A stretch of DNA of 63,396 nt, filler included, from Atractiella rhizophila (taxonomy: Eukaryota): NCBI GenBank assembly GCA_021432655.1. It is 6 parts of 6 records of this genome, joined end to end, with 100 filler letters (N's around TTAATTAATTAA, not from the genome) between each part and the next. Parts side by side here need not be neighbours in the genome. Positions count along the whole stretch, not along the records: positions 1 to 10,038 come from MU271542.1; positions 10,139 to 19,499 come from MU271543.1; 4 more parts are not named here. One strand, written 5' to 3'. How positions within the stretch are numbered: position 1 is the first letter of the stretch; every line of letters begins with the position of its first letter. Under the pieces are notes generated by a model that saw nothing but the letters and a program-made list of their open reading frames with translations, was not told the DNA's origin and ran no database searches. The translations under genes were made by a program, and so were the position numbers. Positions 1-11,292 of this stretch are shown piece after piece.

Positions 1-438
1 AAATGCCATCGCAATGCTTCCTGCGAGCAACCATTTCACGATGCTCGAGAAGGCGTTTCCTATTGTGATTGCCCATTGCTGATCGCCTCCAAGGACGTTT
101 GCGAGAGTTCCGTTCCCAACCAGCGTCCCAGTGGTGCGTCGGCCATCCAGGTAGTTGTAGAAGATGTGATGAAAGGCTGCGAGAAGCATGCCAAACGTCG
201 TTAAAAAGGTCATCATGCTGATTCCATACTGAACAGAAAAGAAGGTCGGGGAGACATCGTTGTCGTCACTTTTTGGGTCATCATGGGGTGCCACTCTAAG
301 GCTCTCGTAGGAAGGTGTTCTGATGTGGTCTAATGGGATGTTGTTGTGTGGAGCGGTCGTGTCTAAATCCTTCCTGTCATTGAACCTCCTGCTGTAGCAT
401 TTCAAAATCTTACTCTTGCTTCCTCCTTGCTCTTCCAT
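1..438 (-). CDS. Hypothetical fungal membrane protein, 5' part (runs off window start)
   Basis: Open frame from ATG 438 to base 1: MEEQGG...AAFHHIFYNYLDGRR...QQWAITIGNAFSSIVKWLLAGSIAMAF. The HHxFYxxLDG...QxW pattern with hydrophobic helices recurs in uncharacterised fungal membrane proteins. Confidence 0.7.
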   Translation of the reverse strand, partial: MEEQGGSKSKILKCYSRRFNDRKDLDTTAPHNNIPLDHIRTPSYESLRVAPHDDPKSDDNDVSPTFFSVQYGISMMTFLTTFGMLLAAFHHIFYNYLDGRRTTGTLVGNGTLANVLGGDQQWAITIGNAFSSIVKWLLAGSIAMAF

Positions 439-919
439 TATATATGTTTTATTTCGAGAGCTAATGCGTACAACATTGTTGCTGAAGTTATTAAAGACGA
501 AGGGGAAACAGTCTTATCTTTCCAGCGTGTTGTGCTCGCACGTTCGGAGAAGTTAACACAAGCACCTCCTCGTCTTATTCATTGCGCTGCCTCAACGTAC
601 GCACAGGAGACCCGCGATGCGAGTTCCAGTGTGAGCAAACGAGTGAAGCGAGGATGACAGACGCTTCAGTTGAAGTCCGGTGCAAGTGCGAGAGAACTCG
701 CTGGTTCGCTGAAGGGCGGATTCCGTGGATGAATTAGAACGACGTATTGATGGGCAAGATTGACTTCCCCTCATTACATCGCATCAACACATAAGGTGTA
801 AAGTGCACACAAATGGACAGTGCTCGCCATCACGATCAATCTCATCAATGTTCCTGGTTAACGGGAGTCATGGTAGTCCACAACAAAAGTAAAACGAGGT
901 CCAAAGAAAACAAAAAAAA

Positions 920-1001
920 GGGAAGAGCGGGGGATTGAACCCCGGACCTCTCGCAAATTTGGTTGCCCAAAGCGAGAATCATACCTCTAGACCACACTTC
1001 C
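920..1001 (-). tRNA. tRNA-Pro(TGG) with 10-nt intron
   Basis: Reverse complement GGAAGTG TGGTCTAGAGGTATGATT CTCGC TT TGG G [caaccaaatt] T GCGAG AGGTC CGGGG TTCAATC CCCCG CTCTTCC C. It has A and B boxes, an intron after position 37 and a T-run Pol III terminator downstream. Confidence 0.95.
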
Positions 1002-1684
1002 TGTAGTTATCATTGATGGCCAGGTTGTCAATGGTATTATAGTGTCAAATGTGGCATCTGACATGGAGGTTACTTCTGGCTAATTCGATACAACATCTCT
1101 CCTCGAAATAAAAGTCAAGCGTAGAACCGTTAATCAAAATATCATTGCATCGGGTGTATGTTTCCGCTGGAAGCTTAACAAGGGATGCACACCCAAGTTC
1201 AACAGACAGTCATAGAGACAGTTGAGCTGAGCTGAAAAACACTGCACCGTGTGGCTGACAGTTGGTTCCAGCCGTTGTCGACATGAAGTCACCTTGAACC
1301 AACTCGATCCGGCTACTTGGCTTTGATTCGGAACATTTGAGAGTTGAGCCAACCAATAATGACATTCAGTCGTTCATATGGTCCCACGAACCAATATTGC
1401 ACACTCCAGATAAGAAAGCGGACCTTCTTCGTTCGAAAGATCTTTTGCCCCTCTGACTTGCTTTATCGCTCCCCACCATCTAAAGCAGTCTTTCCACTTT
1501 TCCTCACATCTTGTTTCCTCAGCCTCCTCGCTTCGCTTCCTCTTTCGTGATCTGCCATCGTAGAAGCTGCCCCAACATTAATTACGTCACACCCAAAAGA
1601 AACTGTCAGAAAAAACGACGACGACTGCATTCTCGGGCAGCTATCTCATACTGAAAAACAACTCTCACACGACTGTTAAAGACC

Positions 1685-4376
1685 ATGTCGAATGCAGATG
1701 GCGCGCAAAAAATTCTTCCAGCCGATGGGACAGGCATAATTGACATAGATCCATGGTTAGTTATGCCCTTTTGCAGCGTTCCTCTGTAACCAGAAATGGC
1801 AGGCTAGAGCCATTCCGCGAGCGCATCAAAGCTCGGTGAGCTGTCTTTTGTGTATCAAAACGTGTGGGATGCTGAGATTGTTCCAAGATATGCCATGTAT
1901 GAGAAATGGGAAAAGGCAATTCAAGATACTGAAGGAGGATATGAACCTTTTTCTAGAGGATATGAGAAGTTTGGTTTCAATGTCGCACAAGATGGAAGCG
2001 TGACGTATAGGGAGTGGGCACCTGGTGTCGTTGCTGCAGCATTGATCGGGGACTTCAGTGAGCCCTCCCTTTCTCTTGTTGATGGCGAAGAGCGGGTGCT
2101 GAGAGCGTAACGAAAGATGGATGGGATAGAGGGAAGCATAAAATGACCAGAGATGACTTTGGAGTATGGAGCATCACCATTCCTGGCGAGAGGGGGAAAT
2201 GTGCCATTCCACACGAAAGTAAACTCAAGGTGCGCCGCGCCGCTGTTGCCTTACGTTTGCTTGACTGAAGATGGGTAGATTACGATGATCACAAAGTACG
2301 GGGAGGTGATTGACCGTTTACCCGCATGGATCAAGTACGTTGTCTTTCTCCCACCCCCCCTCCTAACCTAATTCTGCATCTTCGAAGACGCGTAACACAG
2401 GACCTTAAAGTTTCTCCAACTTACGATGCGCGCTTCTGGAATCCAATGTCTCATGAAAAGTACACGTTCAAAAATCAACGGCCGAATTGGCAGGATGACA
2501 AGAAGTGGAGTGCTAAGATATACGAGGCGCATGGTTTGTTTTTGCAACTGTTGAGCAAGAGGCGTCGCTGAGAACAAATAATTCAGTGGGTATCTCGACG
2601 CCAGAGGGCAGGGTAGGGACGTACAAGGAGTTTACAAAGAATATGCTTTGGCGGATTAAGGATTTGGGATATACCGTAATCCAGAGTGCGTCCCTCTCCC
2701 CGAACCGTTTTGCAGAAAATTGATGGAGATAATTAGTGATGGCCGTCATGGAGCATGCCTACTACGCTTCGTTTGGGTATCAAGTGACTAATTTCTTCTG
2801 CGCATCTTCTCGGTACGGTACTCCGGAAGATTTGAAGGAGCTTATCGACACGGCTCATGGAATGGGCCTCGTCGTGCTACTCGACATCGTCCACTCGCAT
2901 GCCTGCAAGAATGTGTTGGATGGATTGAACATGTTCGACGGAACAGATCATCTTTATTTTCATGAAGGAGGAAAAGGTAGGCACGAGTTGTGGGACTCGT
3001 ACGCACCTTTGGTTCTCTAGTTGCGATTCGCTGACTTGGGCACAAAAGTCGTCTTTTCAATTACGGCCATCATGAAGTTCTCCGCTTCCTCCTTAGCAAT
3101 TGCAGATTCTGGATGGAAGAGTACCAGTTCGATGGGTTCCGATTTGACGGCGTTACCAGCATGATGTACAAGCATCATGGAATCGGGACTGGATTCTCTG
3201 GAGGATATCATGAGTACTTTGGGGATGGAGTGGACGACGAAGGGGTCGTATACCTCATGCTCGTTCGTGTTCCCTCCTATTGTACCACCTTAACTGATGC
3301 GAGACATAGGCGAACCGCATGCTCCACTCCCTCTATCCAAACGTAATAACCATTGCTGAAGACGTCTCCGGCATGCCCGCTCTCTGTTTGCCCGTTCAAA
3401 CAGGTGGGATTGGATTCGACTATCGTCTCGCTATGGCGGTGCCGGACATGTGGATCAAGCTTTTGAAAGAGGTCTCAGACGACGCGTGGAACATAGGAAA
3501 TATCTGTTTCACACTCACGAATCGAAGGCATGGCGAGAAATCAATCGCGTACTGCGAATCTCACGATCAGGCTCTGGTTGGCGACAAGACGATTGCGTTC
3601 TGGTTGATGGACAAAGAAATGTACACCAACATGTCTGACCTCACCGAACTCACGCCAATCATCGATCGAGGCATTGCGCTGCACAAAATGATCAGGTTAC
3701 TCACGCACGCGCTAGGTGGAGAGGGATACCTCAATTTCGAGGGAAAGTGCGTCTTCTCAGTTCGGGATCTGGATCGAGTCGCTGAAGATGTCTAGTGAAT
3801 TCGGTCATCCCGAGTGGCTCGACTTTCCGAGAGAAGGAAACGGCAACTCCTTCCATTATGCCAGACGCCAGTGGAACGTTGTAGATGACCACCTACTGCG
3901 TTACAAATACCTTAACACATTCGACAAGTTCATGAATAACCTCGAGCACCAGTACGGATGGCTTAGCAGTCCCCAGGTGTGTCATTTCCTCTTCAATGTA
4001 AAGGCGTTTCTAAAGTGTCTGCAGGCATACGTCTCCCTTAAGCACGAAGGCGATAAAATGATCGTCTTCGAGCGCGCTAACTTGCTGTTCATCTTCAACT
4101 TCCACCCATATCAGTCCTTCGTGGATTACAAGCTAGGAGTGGAGATGGCCGGAAAGTTCAAGATTGTGCTTTGCTCTGACGAGCGTGCGTTCGGAGGTCA
4201 TGACAGGATTAAGATGGATGGGGAGTATTTCACAAACCCGGAACCATGGAACGATAGGAAGAACAGCTTGAGGGTTCGTCTTTGTTGTCTGGTGGCTTGC
4301 ACGTGAAGTGAAACTGAAGCTGACGTAGGTATACGTTCCGTGTCGAGTTGCTTTAGTCTTGGGTTTGGCAGAGTAG
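1685..4376 (+). CDS. GLC3: 1,4-alpha-glucan (glycogen) branching enzyme, GH13_8, multi-exon
   Basis: Exon peptides [83 protein letters not shown] introns; ends [15 protein letters not shown]. Confidence 0.97.
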
Positions 4377-4533
4377 ACTTCTGGTGTATACATTCCAAGG
4401 GTATCGGAAGTAAACTTTGAAAAAGGGGACAAAATCAGTGAACGGATGTTTGTTTTGTGGGATTAAAAGATGTTTATGCTGGTATCTATACACAGTGGAA
4501 TGTCCATATCATAGAGTAAAATTGTAAACACCT

Positions 4534-5422
4534 CTACTGATAATCAATGTCCCATGCCAATCGCTCCTCTTCGGTGGCGCGTTCTGACCAACCGTCAAGG
4601 TCATAGTACATCCTAGCTCGGACGGTCATGATGTGCACGGTCATGTAACCAGTGTCGATTATGGCCCAGTCTGTCGAACCACTTCCACGCCGGGAAGCGA
4701 GACCAGAGATTCGCAAGTTCCTCGAGTATGGAGCTTCAGGATTTTTGCGCATCTACCTCTCAGCATTAACAAGCCACCTCGAGCTTTTGATAGAGACAAA
4801 GCGCACCCAAGCAGCTGTTTCTCCGATTGCAGCTCTCACCCCTCCTTCCCTCCCTTCTTTCATGCAGGCAATAGCACGCCACTCCCCATCTTTCTTCGAG
4901 AAAGCGACACTTTCAGGATCGAGGAAAGGGGAACGGCAGAGTTGATCGTGTAATGGTTCGAGGTTGGAAGGCAGTGCGATGGGTGGTGTTGGAATTGACT
5001 TTGATGCGAGAGAGGAGGAAGGTAGGTATGAGGTATCCACGAACCATGGTGTGGGGGCAGAGGAGGATGAACTTGATTCGCTTGGCTCTGGGTCGGTGCT
5101 GGAAACCTCAGAAACTTCCTTTATGCTATCGGATAGGTCGGCCTCCTCCAATACCACGAAGGTTGGCTCTTTAGGAATGGTAGCACCGTTATCCTGAGCT
5201 TCGGGAGAGATGGGAGCGAAGGAAGATGATCTTCGACAGCCGAGGATTCCAAGATGGCTTTGAATTGAGCTTCTTCGGCCAACACCTGAAGTCCGTACTG
5301 GACGCTGGATGGAAAAAGTAGTTGTTAGCGCTGGGAAGACGTACAGGACTGTCACTACACAGGCAAAGGAACTAACGAGACCTGTCATAGGCACTCAAGA
5401 AGAAGAAGAGCTCAATCCGCAT
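4534..5422 (-). CDS. Mitochondrial ribosome-silencing-factor (RsfS/Iojap, ATP25 N-terminal-like) protein; start uncertain
   Basis: C-terminal exon DWAIIDTGYMTVHIMTVRARMYYDLDGW matches the RsfS signature (W.l.D.G...VH.m....R..YdLe.lW). Intron around 4753-4806. Confidence 0.7.
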
Positions 5423-5941
5423 GCTCCGCTTGAGCACAGATGGGTCAATCGAGGATGTAGAAATTCTCTATGATGACATAAAACAAAAGTAAAGCGACTG
5501 CAACGCGGGCATAGAACTGAGGTAATGCCAATGAAAACAAGCGGTAGGCATGTTTAAAATGTATCTTCTGCCTCAAAATAGATTGTAGCATAGGAATTTT
5601 CAAGGAGATTCTCAGAAGAAGAAGACTGTGAGACTTACCTGACATTTGACACTCTGCAGCGAGTGGCATCCCACAGCAGAAAAAGGTGCGCTATGTGTGG
5701 CACTCCTACGCGTCACATTTATGGCCAACCTTCCAACCAACGTGTTCATGACTGCTACGCTTACTTGTCGAAATTGCGTATTGGAGGTGACTGGGATCCC
5801 AGACGTTGAAACTGAATGTCTCGTCCTGTCTTGTCGTGTCGACTTTTTTTAGCAGAATGTAACGAACAAACCTCCGAAGTTTATTTTGTTGTAACTTCTC
5901 TCCAATCTGTTAACCAAAGGTGCACACTGAGCTAGCTACTT

Positions 5942-6556
5942 ATGTTCCGCCTACCCCACGCCAACTTGCCTATTCGCTCTCTTACCTCCCGAACTGCTCT
6001 GGAATCACGACGGGCACCGAAACAACACTTTGTCCCACTTCCCTCCTTGAGACTGCGCTACTCAACAGCTCCACCACCACCTCGTCGGCCATGGTATCAG
6101 CCTGTATGGAACTTCCCGTCTTTTGTAGCAATCATCCTTGTCTCGACGATCACTGGTCTCGTCGTAGAACTGACAGCAAAAGAGCAAGAACGGGAGGATG
6201 CTCTGCAGCGCCATCGCGCTCAGGTTTCGACGCTCCAAGACCTCCTGGATGCCTTCAAGAGCGGTTCTATGGAGCCAGAGGAGGTTGAGCGGCGGCTGCG
6301 TGCAGTGGACTTGTCGGAGAAGAGAGATACTGTCGGAGGAGCAATGTTTAAGTTGGGAAGTGCGGATCGGCCAACGAGCTGGTGGGAAGCTCTGGTTGGG
6401 AGGAGTGGAATTCCAGTTGATAAGGAGGAGGAAGAGCTAGATGAAGCTGAGGCAGTGAGGAGGTTCACCGCTCGTGAGTCTTTCCTTATGGTGTCAATGG
6501 AGAAGAGCAGTTAAGATGTTTGCGACGTAGTTTTGGAAGAGGAAGAAAAACGATAG
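5942..6556 (+). CDS. Hypothetical mitochondrial single-pass membrane protein
   Basis: Arg/Leu/Ser-rich presequence-like N-terminus ending LRLRYS, one hydrophobic helix (FVAIILVSTITGLVV), then a coiled-coil-like region. Probable small last exon after an intron at about 6474-6530. Confidence 0.7.
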
Positions 6557-6880
6557 CACATTTGCTACTATCTACTGCTGCTATAATAATGAGTATTTCT
6601 AATGCCGCTCTGTAAAACCATGTATCAACAAGGAAGTGATTAGGACTACGTGCCATCCCAAAGTCTGACCCATACGCATTTGAAGAAGTGAGGGCATGGG
6701 GATTCTTCTTGTTACAACTTGCCGCAATTGCTTGTAATTATTCGCGAGAGTCGTGGCTGAATTCCAGGGACACTATGATTAGACACTGGAAATAGTGCAG
6801 ATGCAGGAGTGAAAAGAAGGAAACGACAAAGCTAGTTAAAGCGAATGACCATTAGGAATTAGTTTCTCTCTTTCAGCTAT

Positions 6881-7096
6881 TGTTGATTTCGAGTTCTCAA
6901 GAACACCTCAGACGACAGGGTGAAAAAGTCATGCTCCCTCTTTCTTCCCGTATTCTTTTCCACTATCCAGTCAGAGAGCATCAAGTAGCAGTCAACAGAG
7001 GTGTCATTATTTGTGTGGATCATCCGCGAGTGGTCGTTTTTGGCGAGACCTCTTGTTGTAATGGTTGAAAGCAACCATATTTTCATCTACTCAACC
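6881..7096. mobile_element. Possible degenerate solo LTR upstream of tRNA-Gln
   Basis: Starts TGTTGA and ends TCAAC(C), with imperfect flanks ctat/ctac and an internal inverted repeat. It lies about 110 bp upstream of a tRNA gene. Confidence 0.3.
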
Positions 7097-7208
7097 TACA
7101 AACAAAAAGCTGGAACGAATGCTCAAATTTCTGCTTCTTGTCCGTCCTCTTCTCCTCAATTCTCTAGGTTCCTTGAGAGATGGACGGAAGGACCAATGAC
7201 AACAAGAG

Positions 7209-7291
7209 CCTCGGATAGTGTAGTTGGTTAGCACACGGGATTTTGAGATTAAAATCTTCCCGTAACTCGAGTTCGAATCTCGATCTGAGGT
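7209..7291 (+). tRNA. tRNA-Gln(TTG) with 10-nt intron
   Basis: CCTCGGA TAGTGTAGTTGGTTAGCAC A CGGGA TT TTG A [gattaaaatc] T TCCCG TAAC TCGAG TTCGAAT CTCGA TCTGAGG T, followed by a T-run. Confidence 0.93.
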
Positions 7292-7507
7292 TTCCTTTTT
7301 GCCTTTCTTATTTTTGTCCCGGCTGTCGGGTAATTCGGCAATCGCTTTCTTCTTATGCGGGTTTACCGGCAAATAGTCTTGAAAGCGGGACACGGGACAC
7401 TGATCCAGTCCAAAGTCACACTTACACTTAAACGTAATAAAAACGCATAAATTCGCTCCTCACTGACCTATTTCCCCCAGCAGATTCACTCCAAATCTTC
7501 CAACATT

Positions 7508-8997
7508 ATGCCGTTCAACATAGATACTCTTGGTTCTTTCTTAGGTTCCTCCATATTCTCGCTCAAGGGAGGACTCCTCGTCCTACTCCTTTCTCTCGCG
7601 AATAATTTGCCCAAGCCACTGTCCCTCGAGTCCCTCCGATCAGACCTGCTGCTGCCTGCCCTCAAGAGTACCCCGAATTCTGTGAAGGCGCTCGTAATCT
7701 TCGCACTCGTCAAAGCTGTCCATGACTGGCTCAACTTTGTCGCTTTGAATCGCGGGACGAAGAGAGACCCCGCCAGATTCGAAAAGGATGGCGGGAAGGA
7801 CTTGGTCCTTGTTACGGGTGGATGCACCGGGATTGGAGCTGACTTTGTGGAGCGGATTTCGAAACATACCAGAAGGATCGTAGTCCTCGATTTGGCAGAG
7901 GTGAGGAATCCCCAACGTAGGCACACTCCTCGGTTCTCCCGTAACTGTGCTGATGCGGAGGCGATAGCTGGAGTGAAATATTATAAGTGCGACGTAACGA
8001 AACCAGAGATGGTCCATGAGGTTGCTGAGCGTATCAGAAGCGAGGTGCGCAAACTGCTTACTCGAGTCCATTCGCCTTTCTCATCAAAAGTCAAGGTGGG
8101 AGAGCCTACAATAATCGTCAACAATGCTGGAGTCGCTGTCGGGTCTTCGATCCTTGAATCGACGATTGACCAATACGAATTCGCGCTCCGTGTCAACACC
8201 ATTGGAAACGTGGTGATCCTGAAAGAGTTCCTTCCACACATAGTCAAGGTGAGTCGCCAAACAATAGCGAGGTTTTTGTTGGCTGGCTGATAAAGCAGTA
8301 GATCAATCATGGCCACATCATCACGGTGGCTTCGATGGCGGGTTTCGTGTCCATTCCAGGACTCTCGCAATACTCTTGCTCGAAGGCCGCTACATTAGCG
8401 CTTCATGAGACGCTACGTATCGAGCTTGTAGCAACGTACAGTCCTATTTCACTTTCTACCTCTCAACCTAACAGTTTGTAAAAGGTACAACGCTTCAAAC
8501 GTTCGAACCACTCTTATTGCCCCCGGAAAGGTGCAAACAGAGATGGGAGCCAATCTCGCAGACAGCGACAACCAATTGTACTTTGCCTTCTCTGCTTCCG
8601 AAACACTGACTAGAGCTGATCTTCGGGTTTGGGCATAAAGCGTAAACCCTACCCTTCAACCTGCCGACGTCACAAAGGTTATGGTCCGAAATATTTTGAG
8701 GGGAGAATCAGAGTATGCTTTGCTGCCCAGGTTCACTGGCGCGCAAGTTCCCCTCGTCAGGTGCTGCGAATGGTTTAGGCGACTATTAGAAAAGGTACGG
8801 ATTCAGTCAACGGGTTAGAATATCCGGCGAAGAGTTGATTTGTGACATTGCAGGCTGGAAAACTCGACGCCACGCTCAATCACAACAACCTCAATCCAGC
8901 CCAGGTGGCCGCGAGGCAAAAATATATTGAGAATCTGAAGAGCAACTTCCCAGAATACGTCGCGAGGATCGAACAAGTGGGAAATGTCAAAAAGTAA
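7508..8997 (+). CDS. Short-chain dehydrogenase/reductase (17beta-HSD XI/RDH10-like), membrane-anchored, multi-exon
   Basis: TGGCTGIG cofactor motif, YKCDVT, IVNNAG and catalytic YSCSK (YxxxK), with N-terminal hydrophobic segments. Confidence 0.92.
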
Positions 8998-9472
8998 TTT
9001 TATTCAGTGTCATTCATGTACATTTCGAGTCGATAGTTGAGAAATTCCATCAGAGTGTTTTCATACATATTCAGCAGAAACAAACCTCTATGTGGTGTGA
9101 CATGGGTTCTCTGTTCACCATGCAGATGAACTTATTGATGCTTAAATCGACGATATTCTGGAAGATGATGCATCGGTGAAGCTTCTCAGGCTACTAAAGT
9201 ATGCTTCGCTTTACTAAGAAGTGTCCTACTTGTGCAACTTACAAGGAACATGAACGATGATGAAGAGTTGTTGATGGTCTTGCCAAATTCGGAAGCGTTC
9301 CTTCCTTTGTCCAGCCAGAACAAGGGCAAGCGGCGTAACTTCTTTGATACATAAACGTGAAAGCTGCACGTTCTTCGTCTCCGCGAGATGCCAAAACAAT
9401 TCTCTCTCTGTGTTCTCACACAAGCCTATCATCATAGACTGCTTCCCAAACCACAACAAGTCACATCCAACG

Positions 9473-10038
9473 ATGGGAACAATACTGGACAGAAGTAATC
9501 TACACTTTGATATGAGTCTTCAAAAAGAGGTGGCTCAAAATCCTCTTTTTATTGAGTATTCTTCTTGCCGAGTGAGCGAACTACCCGTTGTTAGGAGGCA
9601 CTCTGGAAAAAAGTGCTCCACCAATGTCGACCATTGGAACAACGAGCATGTCAAAGCGTGTCGCGTAGTCCCAATATCCGGCATACCTTTGCAAAGGATT
9701 CTCCCTTCTCAATTTTTTAATCTTACAAACGGTGCAGTGTTTGCGATGCCGCATAGACCTCTTTTGATACCGTGGTAGTCGAACAGAAATACGTTGACGA
9801 TTTTTCGCGGCCCACACAGGAGCAACTGGAGAATCCAAAAATGAAGATTGACCTTAAAAACAACGCCTTTGACTCTGCCATAGAAGGCTTGTCCTTGTCA
9901 ATTGGCAGTAGTTCAATGGACGACATCCAGGGTGAGGCGTTGTTAGCAGCCATGACCGATCCGATATTCGAGCTTCTGGCAGAAAGCTCTAAGATAGCTT
10001 TGTTCACAGAGTCCGTGTACGCTCAACGTTTTGTTCTT
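9473..10038 (+). CDS. Hypothetical protein, truncated by gap
   Basis: Two overlapping protein-like ORFs (9473-9778, 9772-10038) joinable by a short intron. No recognisable motif. Confidence 0.4.
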
Positions 10039-10138
10039 NNNNNNNNNNNNNNNNNNNNNNNNNNNNNNNNNNNNNNNNNNNNTTAATTAATTAANNNNNN
10101 NNNNNNNNNNNNNNNNNNNNNNNNNNNNNNNNNNNNNN
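10039..10138. other. Assembly gap with TTAATTAATTAA six-frame stop linker (same at 19500-19599, 30356-30455, 39032-39131, 56913-57012; plain N gap 56499-56631)
   Basis: Each linker gap is exactly 100 nt of N with an identical 12-mer. Genes abutting the gaps do not resume on the far side. Confidence 0.98.
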
Positions 10139-11292
10139 TTGATTGCCAGAACACGAATAACGAAGCACTGGTATGCCACTGTAGCCATCAACCACTCTTC
10201 AGTCACAATGAATTGTTGGGAATATGGAATCCACTCACATCGTTCCAACACAGCGTAAACAGGATGGTCTTGGCTCATGGTCCTCACTGCAGCTTCGTAG
10301 ACGATGTCGACGATATCGTGCGTTCCGACCAAATGATACCTGAGCTTCCTTAGCAATGCGCTGATAATTCTCGTTTGCCGCTCACCATTGAATGAACCAG
10401 AAATCGTTGAGCTCGAAAAGCATTTTGGCAAGGAGCCAATCGTTTGGAGCGTCCAGTGGAGTGTGTATATCAATGTGCTGCCTTTATTGGGGCGGATAGC
10501 AAGAGGGAGAAAGTCTTTGGACTTAGGGTCGATGTAAAGTAAGCGTCGCAAGCAGCAGCATATCTGCCAGCGGTAAGAGTTTGATCGGCCTGACTCCTGT
10601 AATCGACGTAGAAGAGGGACCAGCGGCTTGGAGCTGGGCTTGAGTCTTCGTCGTCAGCTTCTTCGCTGTCGTGTCATCCACTTGAAAGCTCAGAGTTTCG
10701 CTCTTTTGGACACGTCGGACTCCATAGGGTTGGGCAGAGAGGCGCTCCATTGAGAAGAGGAGGTCGGAGCTGTAGTTGGAGAGCATTCCGGGCGGCTACT
10801 CCTTCAGGAATTGTGTTGGCGAAGTTTGGTGGGTTGTACAGCTTGAAGAAATCCGAGTACTTGGTGATACCACCGGACTACCACACAAGCGGCGCTGAGT
10901 ACTCCTTTTTACACTAGGAATGAACGAATGGAACTCACCAAAGCGACATTTTTGTCCCGCCGCGGCAGCATCAGCCCTGACGGTGTTCGTCCAGTTAATA
11001 TATTCAGGGTAGAATACGTTGGACCAATTGGCAATAATTTCCTGGGCGTAAGAACTATCATGTGTCCTCAGTGTCACAAACAGAACGTTCAGGAGACAGC
11101 CTACCCGACTGGATAAAAGGTCGCGTTCCCAGCAATGTCAGGACCGTAGTTGAAATTCTGACGAGCAGTGGCAATGGCTTCCGCCCTAGCAGGAGTGTTG
11201 AGGTCTCCGATGGGGAGCGAGTAGGGGGTGACCTGAGCTTGAGCCGCAACGATGATGGCGGAGAGGAAGAGGACGGGGTAACGAGTGCCCAT
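10139..11292 (-). CDS. Secreted fungal lipoxygenase (WLLAK type), several apparent frameshifts, 3' half lost in gap
   Basis: Signal peptide [60 protein letters not shown] metal ligands, [15 protein letters not shown]. About five small indels are needed to keep the frame. Confidence 0.9.

Noticed and set aside
10083..10094. Recurring TTAATTAATTAA palindrome-like 12-mer (five copies)
   Set aside because: Always embedded in a 100-nt N gap; it is an artificial six-frame stop linker.
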